A stretch of DNA of 63,533 nucleotides, counting the filler, from Sphacelaria rigidula (taxonomy: Eukaryota): the NCBI GenBank assembly GCA_964200075.2. It is 8 parts of 8 records of this genome, joined end to end, with 100 filler letters (N's around TTAATTAATTAA, not from the genome) between each part and the next. Parts side by side here need not be neighbours in the genome. Positions count along the whole stretch, not along the records: positions 31,820 to 39,673 come from CAXNAA020013219.1; positions 39,774 to 47,627 come from CAXNAA020013220.1; positions 47,728 to 55,580 come from CAXNAA020013221.1; 5 more parts are not named here. One strand, 5' to 3'. Shown piece by piece: positions 38,623-52,134 of this stretch; position 1 is the stretch's first letter, and every line of letters starts with the position of its first letter. Position numbers and translations under genes: made by a program. Below the pieces are notes generated by a model that was given only the letters and a program-made list of their open reading frames with translations, had not been told where the DNA came from and ran no database searches.

Positions 38623-40401
38623 GTTGCACGTGACTATAATAGTACTCGACAATATCTGGGTTTTAGGAAAGCTATCCCACAGTTATTCCGGTTGTATTGG
38701 CACTGGGCATCAATGGGTATCCAAGGGGTAGAATTCAACACTTGACTGCGTGTGTAAACGATGGTGTCACCTCTGACCAAACGTATACAAGCGACTTCAA
38801 CATTCCTTTGAGGTGGTTCTCAAACCGAAAGTTTAGTCTGTGTTTATATTTCTTCAACTTAGAACCACCATCTCCTGTAGAGGATACGCCCACGCCCGTT
38901 TCCCTAGAGTTGTGAGAGTGGTATTGAAAACGCGCCCCCCTTTGAGACTGCGGCGGTTTGACTTCGAGAGTCGGGAAATTGGTGACATTTTGCACGGTTG
39001 GAGGAAGGCGGGGCAAGGTAGGATGTCCTTCTTGAGAGGGCGCTGGGATACGTGTACTGTACACTACCGGAGTACTTAGGCGAGACCTTGAACAGCGAAA
39101 CGATCAACCCCCCCGCAGGCTGCAGCCGTATCTCCAACACAGTTCCCACGCCTCCCACCTCTCGAGAGCGAGCGCAGGTCACTTTGCAGCCTGTGGCGTC
39201 GTACAAGCCCAGCTGTGAATTGGCGCCGACTTTCGGAACTCGAGCACACCTCATAAACAACAATTGAGTAAAGAATGTGCACGGAGGTGTCTGTAATACT
39301 TCTCGAAAGCGAGACCTGGGCAATTACTCACCTGTAAACAACTCCGGACCAAGAAGACTACGCCGATCACAGAAACGCATCAGTCGGGCTCGCGCTACAG
39401 AGGCGGTTGAGCCGATTTGCTCAACGTGAACGAGTGTCTGGACGCGGCCTGCGGAGCCCTGTTGCAGACATCATATCGTGCTACTAGGACAGATGAAACC
39501 GCAATGAACCTTCCCCAGTTCATCACGATGAGTACGCCCCCCCCCCCCCAGACTATGGCAAGCATGATCATGAGTACACCCCCAGTGGGGGACCACGACC
39601 GACCCCCGATGGGGTTGGCGTCGCTTGGCGATGACGCTGTAAAACACGCCACTCACTACGTAAGCTAGGCAACNNNNNNNNNNNNNNNNNNNNNNNNNNN
39701 NNNNNNNNNNNNNNNNNTTAATTAATTAANNNNNNNNNNNNNNNNNNNNNNNNNNNNNNNNNNNNNNNNNNNNAGTCAACGGTCATCATCCTGCTGATCA
39801 CTACATAGCACATCATGTAGGCGATATTTCGTCACAGGCGCTTTATCTGTTTGTTTGGGATCTGCTTCATTGACAAGTGTCGAGGATACCTCTTTGCAGT
39901 GACATATCAGAGACTGATGCCACACATGTATGAAGACCCAGCCCAAGCAGGGACAATGTGGGAACGGTCCGGAAGGACCAGATTACGGAGGACCCTGTAA
40001 TGCCGATGTAACTAGACACCTTGGGGTGATGCCGGGAAGAGCCTAATATAGGACGACCCAACATACCCCAAGGTCCTGGTCGCCCCTGGCCACCACTTCC
40101 AGTCTGACCCCACTTTTTGCCTACATATACAAGAGGAAATCATCGCCAGCCTCGGAGTTCCCTCGGCATCAGGACGGCAGTCTCCCCTCGTAGGTCTCTG
40201 ACTACTCTAGCGATACGCCTTCCTCACACTGGCGACACCAGAACAGAACTCAAGCAAGACAGGCCTCAGACGTAAAAAATTGGAACAAGAACCGACTGCT
40301 CCCCGACACCGGAAACAGTAGGATCCCTCAAGGAACACTACTGCAGGTAAAACGTATGGATCATGTGCTTACTTATTCGAGTTGAGAGGTTGTTGCACGG
40401 G

Positions 40402-40683
40402 TGGCCACTAGGGTCTATAACCTGGCCATTTTGGGACCTTATCCACCTTTGGTAAGGTCCGCGGATTGGGTAGACAACTGAAGAGCATTCGCACAGCATG
40501 GACAGGATCGAAACAAAACATGTCCTAGTCTATAGACGGGTGACTCCCCTGTAGACTGGAACATGCTTTGTTTCGAACCTTTCCATGCTGTGCGAATGCT
40601 CTTCAGTTGTCCACCTAATTTGCGGACCTTACCAAAGGTGGATAAGGTCCCAAAATGGCCAGGTTACAGATCCCAGTGGCCGC
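40402..40683. repeat. Near-perfect hairpin, ~135-bp arms and short loop
   Basis: TAACCTGGCCATTTTGGGACCTTATCCACCTTTGGTAAGGTCCGC pairs exactly with GCGGACCTTACCAAAGGTGGATAAGGTCCCAAAATGGCCAGGTTA, and GACAACTGAAGAGCATTCGCACAGCATGGA pairs with TCCATGCTGTGCGAATGCTCTTCAGTTGTC. Confidence 0.95.
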
Positions 40684-40727
40684 CAGTGTGGAGTCATGTG
40701 TTTGGATCAACGCGAAATTATAGCCCC

Positions 40728-40900
40728 CTCAATGTGCATTTATATGTCACCCGCATGACTAATCAAAGAGCGAAACGCGAAGTTAGACTCCTCAGGGTGC
40801 GGTATATGTCACCCGCATGACTAATCAAACAACGAAAGCGCGAAATTAGTATCTTCAGCGTGCATTGTATGTCACCAGAATCGCTGATTAAACAGCGAAT
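40728..40900. repeat. Degenerate tandem repeat, ~62 bp x3
   Basis: TATGTCACCCGCATGACTAATCAAA..GCGAA recurs at ~40743, ~40805 and ~40868. Confidence 0.8.
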
Positions 40901-41669
40901 CCACACTTATCAACCAACCTTCCACCACCATCGCGCGAAAGACACGGCAAATAATCAAGCAGGCCGACCTCTGGAAACGCGGTGACTCGAAATAGCATTA
41001 ACAAATAAGTTACCCAACCTGCGAATGCACGACCTTGTCATTCCCTACCATGTAGCGAGCGAAAGAAAGAGGTGTTTCGGATGGTCTTACCGAATCCCAG
41101 CCCACAAGCTGAGAGGAGTTGAAAAGTACAGACCGTTCAAGATCCCACACCTCATCACGCATGAAATGGAGAAAAGTGTCAACCGTCTTGTGAAGAAAAC
41201 ATATCGGAGGAATGCGGATTTCTCGGTCAGTACAATGACTCACTCCTCCAGAAGGGCACCAAAGCAGCCCTCAGTGGTGGTGTGAAAGTACATACCAGGA
41301 GCAGAAGCTGGAAAAAGCACGATGAGGGTTGGTTCCTAAGCAGCCTTCAGAGTAGCTGTGAAAAAAACAACACACCACACAGAGGGCCATCATCGAACAT
41401 GTAGCTCAACTTGTTGAGGCTTTCAAGAATGTTACATTCTGCGCCGTACCCCCAAGGAATCGGTAACGTTACGTGCCGTTGTAAGCAGGGGCTGTTTATT
41501 CCAAATCGAAACATCAGTTTTTCCAACCCGATCTGGGACGATCATTGTCATGACTCATACAACGCATCATTGCTCGCCAGGTATACAGACGCCCTCCTGG
41601 CGCTATCTTTTGCATCAGCCCTCGTTAGAGTCGCAGCCAGAGTAGACGGTACCCTCGCTGAAAACAAAA

Positions 41670-43480
41670 TCACACTCGATTCCGCAGCAGATGTACAGTG
41701 TATCAGTAAAAGTTCACAGAGGAGCACTTGGCCATCATAACAGCTGATATGAAGCCAGTACCGCGGGGATCTACGGATCTCAGAAGCGCGAACGGCTCCC
41801 CCATAAAAAAATCCTAGGGTTCATTCGTTTCGAATTTACTTTAGAGATAAAACCCTACCAGGAGAGGCGTTTGTGTAACCTAACCTGGGACCGGATTGTC
41901 TATTACCAGACGACTCCACTCTGAGTGCTTTCCAAGCTATACTCAACTGGCAAGCGGAAGAGTTGACATTCCGTGACTCCAGTATAAAAATCAAAGCATC
42001 GCATCGAAAACAACAGCGTTCACAAAAAACAACACACCCCGAAACGACGCATTGTTCTGTAGCCAGTGTGAACTGTTCAAACGCTGTTCCAGTTTTCCCA
42101 CAAAGAAGTGCAGTGTGCCTCCACAGAGTGAGACGGCAGTATTAGTTGAAACGGAAAATACCCCGTCAACAACTGCAGCTGTCGTAGAGCCACGCATAAT
42201 AACCAAAGAAAATATTCGATCACCCGATGTCACCCGAGCGTTCACGCACATCATTGCTTCAGGAACAGCATCTACGTAGTCGACGAATAAACCGGAAGTG
42301 GTACAAATTGCCAACCTGTTGCGCCGACATGTAAACCCCGGAAAAACTTCATGATATTGATAAGAGACAAACACCGGAGAAACTTCATGTTAGTCCGGAC
42401 ATCCTCTCACGGCGGTTTGCGCTATTCCAAAAGACGAAAAGCTGAAATCAGACCGCCGCTTACCCAAATATGTGGTAACTTGCCAAAAGACCATGCGCTG
42501 TAAATAGCTGAACCATGTATCACCGTCAATTATCAGCTAAGAAGCTCCACCGTTTGAAGCTAGTGCAAAGTGACCGAGAGCTGTCAATCAACCGCGGAAA
42601 AAATACAAAAAGAGCGAAGACGGGAATGCGCACACTATGTCAGGGTTGCCAACGCCGGGAAAACGGTCCACAACCGGCCAAAATTTGCCGATGAGACACG
42701 TTAGGGTAGGACGGCTATACGAAAGAGTGCCGGCAAACCTAGTCGAGTGCAAAAAAACTTCGATGTAAAATGCTGGAGTGCTAGGTAAATATGTCCTGTC
42801 CGTATTGGACCACCTCACAAGGTATACTTTGCTCATTCCGGTGCCGAAAAACAGACCTCATCAATAGAGCCAACACTCTTATTGACAGAGTCTTTACTGC
42901 ATTTGGCATCCCGGGAAAGCTGCGTTCGAATTAAAGAGCGGAATTTGAGAACAAACTAACATACGCACTGCAACAGGAGTTAGGTTTCAATAAAACTCGC
43001 ACGACACCGCTACACCCGCAAGGTAATTCAGTGTCGGAACGAGCCCACTCCACTATTCACGTGATGTTAGCTATGCATGTGTCAGTCGGGAACAAAAGCT
43101 GGGTATCCATTCTTCCTCGTCCAAATGGCGTACAACACACTTCTTACCAAAATACAGTACAAGAGACCGTATTTTTTGTTGTTCGGAACACAGCCCAGAT
43201 TACCAATTGACATTATACTCGGCATTCCTGAAGAGAGCCAAGCAGCAACACCCGAAGAATTTTCCAAAGAAATACGAGAAAACCTACAGTTTGAATTTGA
43301 AACTGCGAGACAAGCCCTACGAGAAAAAGCAAACGAGCAAGAAACAAGAACGAATTCAAGTCTATCCCAGTGTTTAAACCCGGTCAAAAGGTACTCTTGT
43401 ACCCACCATAACAGGACTCAGGAAGGCCGAAACCGAACTCCAATTGCCATGGAGAGGACCTTGCGATGTTCACTCCTGAG
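41670..43480 (+). mobile_element. Ty3/Gypsy LTR-retrotransposon pol relic (protease and integrase; RT not seen)
   Basis: Protease-like 'ITLDSAADVQCIS' (~41670). Integrase 'KYVLSVLDHLTRY...FGIPGKLRS...EFENKL...KTRTTPLHPQGNSVSERAHSTI...QMAYNT...PYFLLFGTQPRLPID' (42780-43220). Multiple stops. Confidence 0.85.
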
Positions 43481-43899
43481 ACGAGGCCAGCATAAAGCTG
43501 CCTGCGCCAACCTCTGCAGCCATATGCCAAGAGGAGTACAACGGTCTCCATGACTACCATATTCCTCAACAGCGTCTCGGCAGTCTTACGCCGCGCGCCA
43601 TCAGCACCGCCAGCACAACGGCAAACGACGAGGTAATCAGGGTGGCGACGGCGGATCCTCCGGCGGTGGAGGGCCGCAGTCGAGTCCTCAGCAGCAGCAG
43701 CAGCAGCAGCAGCGGCAGCAGCAGCAGGGGCAGCGGCGTCAGCATGGGTCTGGTTCTGGGTCGTCGCTGCCGTAGGTGCTGCTACTTCGCAACGAGCGGT
43801 GCAGGTGGGACCGACTTCTACGACGTCGAACACTGCGCCGGCGCCGGTGGCGACGCCGGCAGCAGCGCCAGGCGTGACGCCTGCTGATCGCTAGTCGGA

Positions 43900-45650
43900 A
43901 GTTTGTGAAATTCTTGGTCTGCTGGCTGGGGGTCATACCCGTCGGCGGTGCCGTTTGAACCTGACAGGGCGTCTTCGCCTGTGCAGCTTGCGCAGCCGTG
44001 GCGTCGAGTGGGATTAGTGACGCAACGGTCGGTGGATGAAGTGCCAGTGGAGTTTGTGGACAGATACGTTCCTGCGGGGTTGTGTTTTCCAAATCAAGGG
44101 GAGCGTGAAGTCATCGTTGTTCGGGCTGTGTTGGATTCTGGCGCCCACTGCACGAGTCTGTCGGTGCAGATGGTGGAGATGCTAGAGCGTCTTCTCGCAG
44201 GTGTGCGGATGTTCTGCTGCGCATCCCGTTTTCGTTCGGGGCGCGGCAGGCAGTCACCGCATCGGGTCAGCATGATTCCGTCACGGAGCGTACTGTTCCG
44301 CTGTAGCTGGTTTTCACGACTGCCTGGGGGCGGGCGCCGTTGCCTCAGATCTCGTTTGCGATGATGCCGGGGTCGGATGGCGCTATTCTTCTGGGGTTGC
44401 CGACGCTTCAGGATCTTGGAGTCGACCCGTATGAGTGGTTAAACGACTCCATCAAGACGCGGTTGTCTCCGCCTAGTCCGCACCTGGAGACGCCCGCCTT
44501 TTTGAGTAGTCGTCGCGTGGGCTTGTTGGTGGATACTTTTCAGGAGGCTGAGAGGTAGGTGACCGAGGAGCGGGATGCGGCGATGGAACAAGTGGTAGAG
44601 CGCGGCCCGGACATGTTTATGGGTCCGGCGGAAGAGGAGTCCGCTCCCAAGGTCGCGTTGGAGGAAGCGTGACGAGTGCTGTGGCGAAAAGCCTCAGCGT
44701 CCCCGAAGCGGAGCGCCTGTGCGGCACATTGCATCGCCGCATCAACGCGTTTCACCGTGCGCTGCAGGGTGATCCCCCTGCGCGTGTGGAGCCCATGCGT
44801 GTTCAGCTAAAATCTGGGGCGTCCGCGGTAAAGACGAAGCCGCGGCGGTATGATCCGGTGAAGTCGAGTTGGTTGGCGTCGTGTATGGCGGCCCTTTCGG
44901 CGCTTGGGCTGGTAATCCGGAACCTGCAGGCGGTGTGGTCCAGTCCGGCGATGGCGGTTCCGAAGAAAAAGTCGCTTCGTCTGGTAAGCGACTACAAGGC
45001 GGTGAATGAGCAGGTGGAGAAGTCGCCGGGTGTGAAGCACAATCAAGAGTCTGACATGCGTGATCTGTTGAGTGTTCGTTTTTTTGGCAAGTTGGACCTC
45101 TTCCAAGTTTACTGGCAGATGCCGTTGGCGGTGGAGGCGCAAGGGATTTTCACAATCACGCTCCGATTGGCTTGTTTACCCCGAAGCGAGTACCGCAAGG
45201 CGTGCTCAATGCCACGGCATATTTTCAAGGCATCATGACAGAACTGCTCGTCGGCCTAAAATGCAAGATATGGGTGGATGATGTGTTTTTTTCGCGGACA
45301 CGGAAGACGAACTTTCAGACACGCTACATACTATCTTGGTTCGTTTAGAGAATATTGGTCTATTTGCGGCGGCGTACAAATGCACTTTTTTTGCTGGTGA
45401 AGTCGTGTGGTGTGGGAAAGTGTACTCACACGGACGCGTGTCTCATGACCCTGTCTGACTGCGAGGCTTGTCTGACATGCGGCGCGCGGAGACGGTCGCA
45501 GAACTCATGTAATCTCTGCAGGCCGTGAATTGACCGCGTACCTCGTTGCCGCTTGTGGCAGAAATCGTTGCCCCCTTTCGTTTTTTCCTCTCGAAGAACT
45601 CATGGCGGGTGCGCATCAGGTAGGGGTGCGAGTCAAGAGTAATGACGTAT
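43900..45650 (+). mobile_element. Second Ty3/Gypsy pol relic (protease and reverse transcriptase)
   Basis: 'AVLDSGAHCTSLS' protease, then RT 'VEPMRVQLK...WSSPAMAVPKK..LRLVSDYKAVN...FGKLDLFQVYWQMPL', frameshifted to 'RVPQGVLNATAYFQ...IWVDDV'. Confidence 0.92.
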
Positions 45651-47727
45651 CGGAAATCGTACATGCGCTGATGGGGGCAACCATCCTATATACAATGCCT
45701 AGAGTTGTAGCCCCTCCCTTCGTGGACCCCTTTCAACAAGGACTACACGGGCCTGTGGGCCCCACTGGAGATCCGATCGTCACTGTCTACACTCCAACAA
45801 ATGATACCAACCATGGACATGATACCCCCGATAGACTCTGCTTTCATGGCGTCGAGTTGAACGTGTCCGTACGCACCTACGTTCGCGCGACCCCCGACTT
45901 GCGTACACGTACAACGAACAGCACACGGCTAGGACATGACGCATGGGCCACCATCGCGTGAGATTTCCAACAGTGTCGACAGCGTTTTGTTTCTTCCCAT
46001 TTGTACAGCACGGGACACAAAAACAGCACAGCACAGCACGGCACAGAGGCAATCCTCCACGCAGATCAAACCGCCTTGACATACTGCAGCACACCACAGG
46101 ACTGTACAGTGAAATGCGTCATCATATCAAGAGGTCGTCAATATGCACTACAACAACAGTAGAGGTGCCTCATACCTGTGGAGTGCATGATACCCACGAG
46201 CGGTCCGCACACGCGATCGCTGAGGCGGTGCCTTCCCCGTGTGGGGTCCATTACATCTCGCGCTTGCGTCACCTGCGGTAAAACAATACAGGAGGTCGTA
46301 GCAGATGCACGGGCCGTACCATGTATGTTACCTGTTGATCCAACGAGTATGCAGGCGCCGATTTCGAAAAAATATCGTCTGCCTCGACCGAGCACGCACA
46401 TGGTATCTAGTGCGTCACCTCGGCTCATCTGCACACATCACTTATCGATGAAGTGGTGACTGGCCGGTGTATCAAAGACCGTCCCGTAGTCTGCAGTTTC
46501 ACAGACCTCTTGCATTTCGTGCTCATTGTACTACCGGCGGCGAGCCAACACAAAAGAATACCGTCAATCAACAGAGTAATTAAACAACGGCGCTGTACAA
46601 GTTTCGTCATTGTGAGCTACCTTCCTTTGTCCGAAATACGATACTCACCAAATGTTGTAAAAGACGCTCCGCAGAGGGATACTGGGAGGCTGGGAGGAAA
46701 TGATTTCGAGGGGGGGCGACGTGTCTCGGGCGTCAGAACTAGGTAGATACTCACGATTGAAATTCGCCCAGCTGTACCGGAGCGCCCGATTTATCGCCTG
46801 TAAACTACCCCATCAACTCTTGCGATCACCCGTACCCGTCGCCGCTGCCCCCGATCAATCATTCCCGCAGGATCATGCAGAAGACGTGCAAGACGCATCT
46901 CTTTCAAGTGTCGACGCTCGGCGTGACATCAAGTTGCGCAGAGTCAGCGATTTGTGTAAGCCACGTACTGTCCCTCAAGGAGGAGACCACGGATGGGGTA
47001 GAGGTGGAGCAGGAGCGGCGGTCTTGGAGTCTACCGAGACCCAGCGTCCGGTGTTCGTTGTACCGTTGATTGCTGCTCAGCACAGCATGATGTTTTGTTC
47101 TTGGTTAGCCAGTTCCAAGTGCTCCCGGTGTTTTGCAGCCAATTTGCTGATGAGGTAGTATTCGTTTTCCCGTGTCGATGGGTTATGAACTGTTCTTGAT
47201 GGATCCGTCGGCACATGTTTCGAGTGCATTTCGGAAATCCGATGCGGTTGGCGAGAGTCCCTGGCAAAATCGATTTGCTGCAGCTCATACATGGACGGGA
47301 GGCGCTCCATTGGCTTCGTGCAAGAGAATTTCTTATGATCCGCTGCCATCGAGGGTGAGATCATGGAACAGAATCCAGGGTCCCACCACGTTTTGCGACT
47401 TTTTTCGGCACGAAAAGACGGGATATCAGCAGTCATATCACACGCGATGACTTGCGCTTTCAAAAACAACGACGGACACTGCGGCGAAATTGTTGAACAG
47501 AAAAGTGATTTCAAGATATCCACGAGTCCCAAGTCCACACGACGAATGGTGGCATCAACTGCATTCGCGAATGAATTCGGGCACAACCTGGCTAAATCGT
47601 ATCTTTTACTCGAACCGCACGACTCACNNNNNNNNNNNNNNNNNNNNNNNNNNNNNNNNNNNNNNNNNNNNTTAATTAATTAANNNNNNNNNNNNNNNNN
47701 NNNNNNNNNNNNNNNNNNNNNNNNNNN

Positions 47728-47800
47728 ATATCCCGAAAGGGGTAGACTGGCGTCCAGAATAAATGGGACGACAACACACACACACAACACACACACACAC
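47728..47800 (+). mobile_element. SINE 3' end with (CA)n tail at contig start
   Basis: GGGGTAGACTGGCGTCCAGAATAAATGGGAC followed by CA repeats, as in 9158-9511. Confidence 0.7.
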
Positions 47801-47978
47801 CTGCACAACTTCACTGCACTACGGTGCACTACAGGGCACTGTAGTGCTGTGTAGTATAGAATACCGACGGTGCAGTCCAGACAGTGCAACGCAGAACCCT
47901 ACAACAGTATTCTGCGGTACTATGGAGTACAGCGATATCGCACAGAGAGTACAGTACGGCATCACTTCCAAACAACAG

Positions 47979-48068
47979 ACAACGCCGAATTCCAACTGTT
48001 TTCCAAGATGCCATCCATAACGGTGGTGCAAGCCGTCATGAGCTCTAACGGAATGCCAATGCAGCCAG
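47979..48068 (+). CDS. Orphan candidate exon (NAEFQLFSKMPSITVVQAVMSSNGMPMQP)
   Basis: CAG| and |GTGCAG boundaries, 90 nt, open frame. No partner exon found in the same contig. Confidence 0.25.
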
Positions 48069-48857
48069 GTGCAGCACTGCTTGTGCGCCGTAAACTGCGA
48101 ATGTCCATAACGTCTTCTTCCAGCTAAGGCTGGCACGTGTGAGCAGCTGTACCCAAGTCAACGTCTTGTGCGTGCCGGAATTTTGGATTTCACGCGACAC
48201 AACCGAGCGTCTGCTGATACCGCGGCTGTGGCAGAGAGGTCCTCTGATTGCGATGGCAAGCGTAGCTTCTTCGTGGATGGTCCATTGTAATAGGCATGAC
48301 AGTTGTGATGGATGTCGCACTTCATTTCTGGGGGTGTAGTAATTGTGAACTGACTATGACCGTGGTGGCGGAGGTGGGGGTGGTTTCTTTTCGTTTTTCT
48401 ATGAATTTTGAAGAGGCACATCCGTTTTGGAAGTGGGGTGCACCAAACCGGACTCTTGCTCCAAGAATTTGACTCTGAAAAACGTTTCACAGTGAAACGT
48501 GTACCGTTACCCGCTTTTCCCCTTTCCATTGCGACCCTCAAATACGGAAAAACATTTTCCAACACTCTCTATTCCTTTGTTGAAATAATCAAGGTACGGC
48601 ACTCCGTCTACACCAATGCGCTGGATTGTACCTTGCCTAAACTGCACAGTACATGCAAACGGTTACCTCGAATCTTCACAATCTGTGGCCATTTGCGATG
48701 ATCGGCACTCAAAGACCAAGCATAAGAAATAGACAGTGTTGTCGGACGTCGCAGTATTTCAACGTATATGGCGTGTCGGCGGACATACGCAATGCATGGG
48801 TAGTCGCCCAACATCGCCCCGCTGAGCTCACACTGTAAGATGCCCCCGGCCACAAGC

Positions 48858-48892
<35 letters not shown>

Positions 48893-49174
48893 TCGCACTT
48901 TAATTGACACCCCAGGAATCCAGCCATAGTCACATGATACACGCGTGGACACTTTGCACTCGTCAAAGGGTACATGAGGCGGTACTTTTGCAGTCGCGCG
49001 CACCGTAGAGGGTGTCGCAAAAGAGCCACCTTGCATAAGGTCGGATCCTTGCACAAGGTCGGATCCTCTATAGTTGTTACAGCACTAATGGAATTCGTGT
49101 AGCAGAGGCTGCTCGAAATCTACCCTCGCTTTGCTCGATTTCCAATTTTCAAATTGAGCAAAACCGGGAGCAAT

Positions 49175-50045
49175 TTCGACCAGTCGCTGCTGCTCGAATC
49201 CCATATACATTAGTATGTGGGAGTTCAACAGCAGATACTGCTCGAAAGTCCTCGATTTGCCCTCCAATTTATCCTGAAATTGCGCAACAGGTGGACTTGC
49301 GGGCAGCCTCTGCGGTTCAAATTCGACATACTGTACCGTCGTCAGCGTACGACATTCGAACGGCAGAGATTATCCAAAACCTGTCGTCTTGCCCCCCCCA
49401 GTTCGAATCAATTGGGCAAAACGAGAATATTCCAACAGCCTCTGCTGTACAAATCCCACACACCGACCGCTAGCATATGTCTACACGGCCATGCTATGAA
49501 TCTATAGCTGGTGATGGTGGACATGCGGCATGTACCTTCAACGTGTATACACAATTTGTTGAAAGCACCGTTGTCAGATCTCTACAAGCCCCGCATTTGC
49601 ATACAAGGGCAAGTGGGATGGAACAACACAAGGCCGCATGGAATAATTTCCGACCTCGTGTATATCCGTTGAAGGTACATGCCACGTGTCCACCATCACC
49701 AGGTATAGCTTCATAGCACGGCCGTGTGGACGTATACCCGCGGTCAGTGTATGAGATTTGTACAGCAGAGGCTGTTGGAATATTCTCGTTTTGCCCGATT
49801 GATACGAATTGGGGGGGCAAGACGACGGGTTATGGATAATCTTTCCTGTTTATATATCGTAAGGTGACAACGATACAGCATGCCGAATTTGAATCGCGGG
49901 GGCCGCTGGCAAGTCCACCTTTTGCGCAATTTCAGGATACATTGGCGGGCTAGTCGAGGAATTTCGAGCAGCAGCTGCTGTTGAAATCCCACATGTAGTG
50001 CATGGGATTTGAACAGCAGATAGATGCTGCTTGAAATTAATCCTG
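49175..50045. repeat. Large foldback element, ~370-bp imperfect arms and ~110-bp spacer
   Basis: ~49175-49550 is the reverse complement of ~49658-50045 (e.g. GGGCAAAACGAGAATATTCCAACAGCCTCTGCTGTACAAATC vs GATTTGTACAGCAGAGGCTGTTGGAATATTCTCGTTTTGCCC). Confidence 0.92.
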
Positions 50046-50400
50046 GCTTTGCCTAATATCCAAATTGTGTAAGAGTAGTGCTACAGTAGGGGTGCACAAA
50101 TATGTTCTGAGGTCAGAATTGATAGGAGCCCTTTATCTCATCCAAAACACGAGTTACGAAAATATGTGAGAGTATGCCCGGATTACTATTTCAATGTGCT
50201 GGGGATATCCCGAATGAATTAGCAAACGGGGATGTCCTGACCCACATTCTTGTGCATCTAGAATCGTTAGGAGTCCCTGAGCCAAACAACATTTCGCGCA
50301 AAAAGTGCACCCCTACCGTAGCATTGCTCGTAAAACGAGGATTCAATGGCTGTACGAATTCCATACGTGCTGTAACAAGCGTATGTGTGTCGAGCCCTGT

Positions 50401-50516
50401 CATGGTGTTCACCCCCACCAGGTGCTGTGTCAAGATGCTGTAATTGTGTTCACCCCCACAAGGTGCTGTGTCAACACCCTACCATTGTGTTCACCCCCAC
50501 AAAATGCTATGTCAAA
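50401..50516. repeat. Minisatellite, ~41 bp x3
   Basis: GTGTTCACCCCCAC-AGGTGCTGTGTCAA recurs three times with short variable linkers. Confidence 0.85.
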
Positions 50517-50849
50517 CAACCCTCTACAACCGCGCACATTGTAGGGGGTCGTCAGAGGATTCTGGACCTTGTAGGGGGTCGCCACAGGGTCGCCTACAAG
50601 ATCCCACCTTCAGAAGGTGGTCGCAGAGTGTAGCAAAGGGTCAACCTGTAACAGATGTACCCGAGACAAAACAAAACTGAAACAATCGCTGAAGAAGAAG
50701 GGGAAAATAATAAAGGTAGAACAGAACCACACAATCGACTAATAAGCTCTACTTTATGATAAGAATTTGATTAGTGCATTCCTGGTGCCAGAACCATCCA
50801 ACAGATATTTCGCACCGTCGTGGGGTTGGAGTCTGCGCTCCACGCAATG

Positions 50850-51300
50850 TCCGCCAAACCCGAGGTGTCCACCAACCATGCTTCATCGTCCGCAAACATC
50901 GGGGTCCACGTGTGAGAGGAGCCCATACATCGGATCTTGGGTGGAGGGTCAAATTCGCGTGCCTGTTCGACAGAAGAAGAGATCAACGGGTAGGCACGGA
51001 AAGCGAAGGGGCTGTCGAGAGACAGGTGGCAATCATCGAGCATCGATGCTATGAGACACGCAGTACCAAAAAGTCGTCTTAACCGAAGATTACAGCAGTC
51101 ATTTCACATCTTGAAATGTGACCAAGAGTTCCGACCAGACAAACATGACGGTCACCTAGGAGCCAATTTTCGGACGGACGGGAATGAACAATCGATGGTC
51201 GCACCGCACAAACGTTCGACGGTCAAGGCAAATGCAGTGGTATTATTCGTGTGCGTTACCGCACCTACACGAAACATCAGCTCTCCCCAGGGCGAATTCA
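50850..51300 (+). mobile_element. Possible Ty1/Copia integrase remnant
   Basis: Weak motifs 'FACLFDRRR...EGAVERQVAII' and 'NRSTVKAN'. Heavily decayed. Confidence 0.3.
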
Positions 51301-52134
51301 AACCCAACCGTCGTACGCCAATATCGGGTGTCCCGTCAAATGCGTCCGCACACCTTGTTCCCCTCCTGCGCTGGATTCTTGTGAAGACCGCGTGCCGATT
51401 ACACACCCCACCATACCGTTTATTTAAGCACACCGTCACGTTGATACTCCACTAAAACGCCGTCACCTTAATTTTTACACGGGTGTTTCACGTCCAAAAC
51501 CCGAGCCTACAGCGTGATCATGTTTTCGACTTCACCATGCGGTAGGGAACCGATCTCCAACCTTTGCGAGAATATCCCCGATATCCTTGACCGACGTCGG
51601 TCTGTACACCCGGGCTGGCGCCGATTGCTGGGTAGATGCCCAGTTTCTGAATTCACCCTCGTTGCTGATTTTTCTCGGTGCCAATGTGCCGAGGTCGAAA
51701 ACCCCCTCTGAGGGAACGAGAATCACACGTTTACCCGAAAATGTACAGGGCGAAAAAATGCACGGACGGTAAGTTCACGTCGTCAGTTACTGAGCGAATC
51801 GAGCGACTTACTTAAGTACTACTCGCGCAGCGGATATGGGGGGCGGAAAGCTGGAGTACAACAATACCCCTCTTTTCCCCCTACCATTCCTTATTGAAGT
51901 ATACTGTTACACGTTATGATGAGCAAAACTCAACCAATGAATAATACGGATCAGCTAACTCTTGCAACTAATTGCTGCCGACATAACGTAAGGCTGTGAA
52001 AACGGCCTCTGCGAGGGCCAACTGCAAGAGTTTTTCTCTGTTGCGAAACTTGCAAGACAGTAACGTAGAAACAAGTCCTTACTCTTAAATGGCTGAAAAC
52101 GCGGAGTCTGTAGTGCATCAAAATACACATCCTC

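Noticed and set aside
50401-50516. Repeat-spacer pattern resembling a mini CRISPR array
   Set aside because: Only three degenerate units with ~9-nt linkers, no cas genes and a eukaryotic context. It is an ordinary minisatellite.
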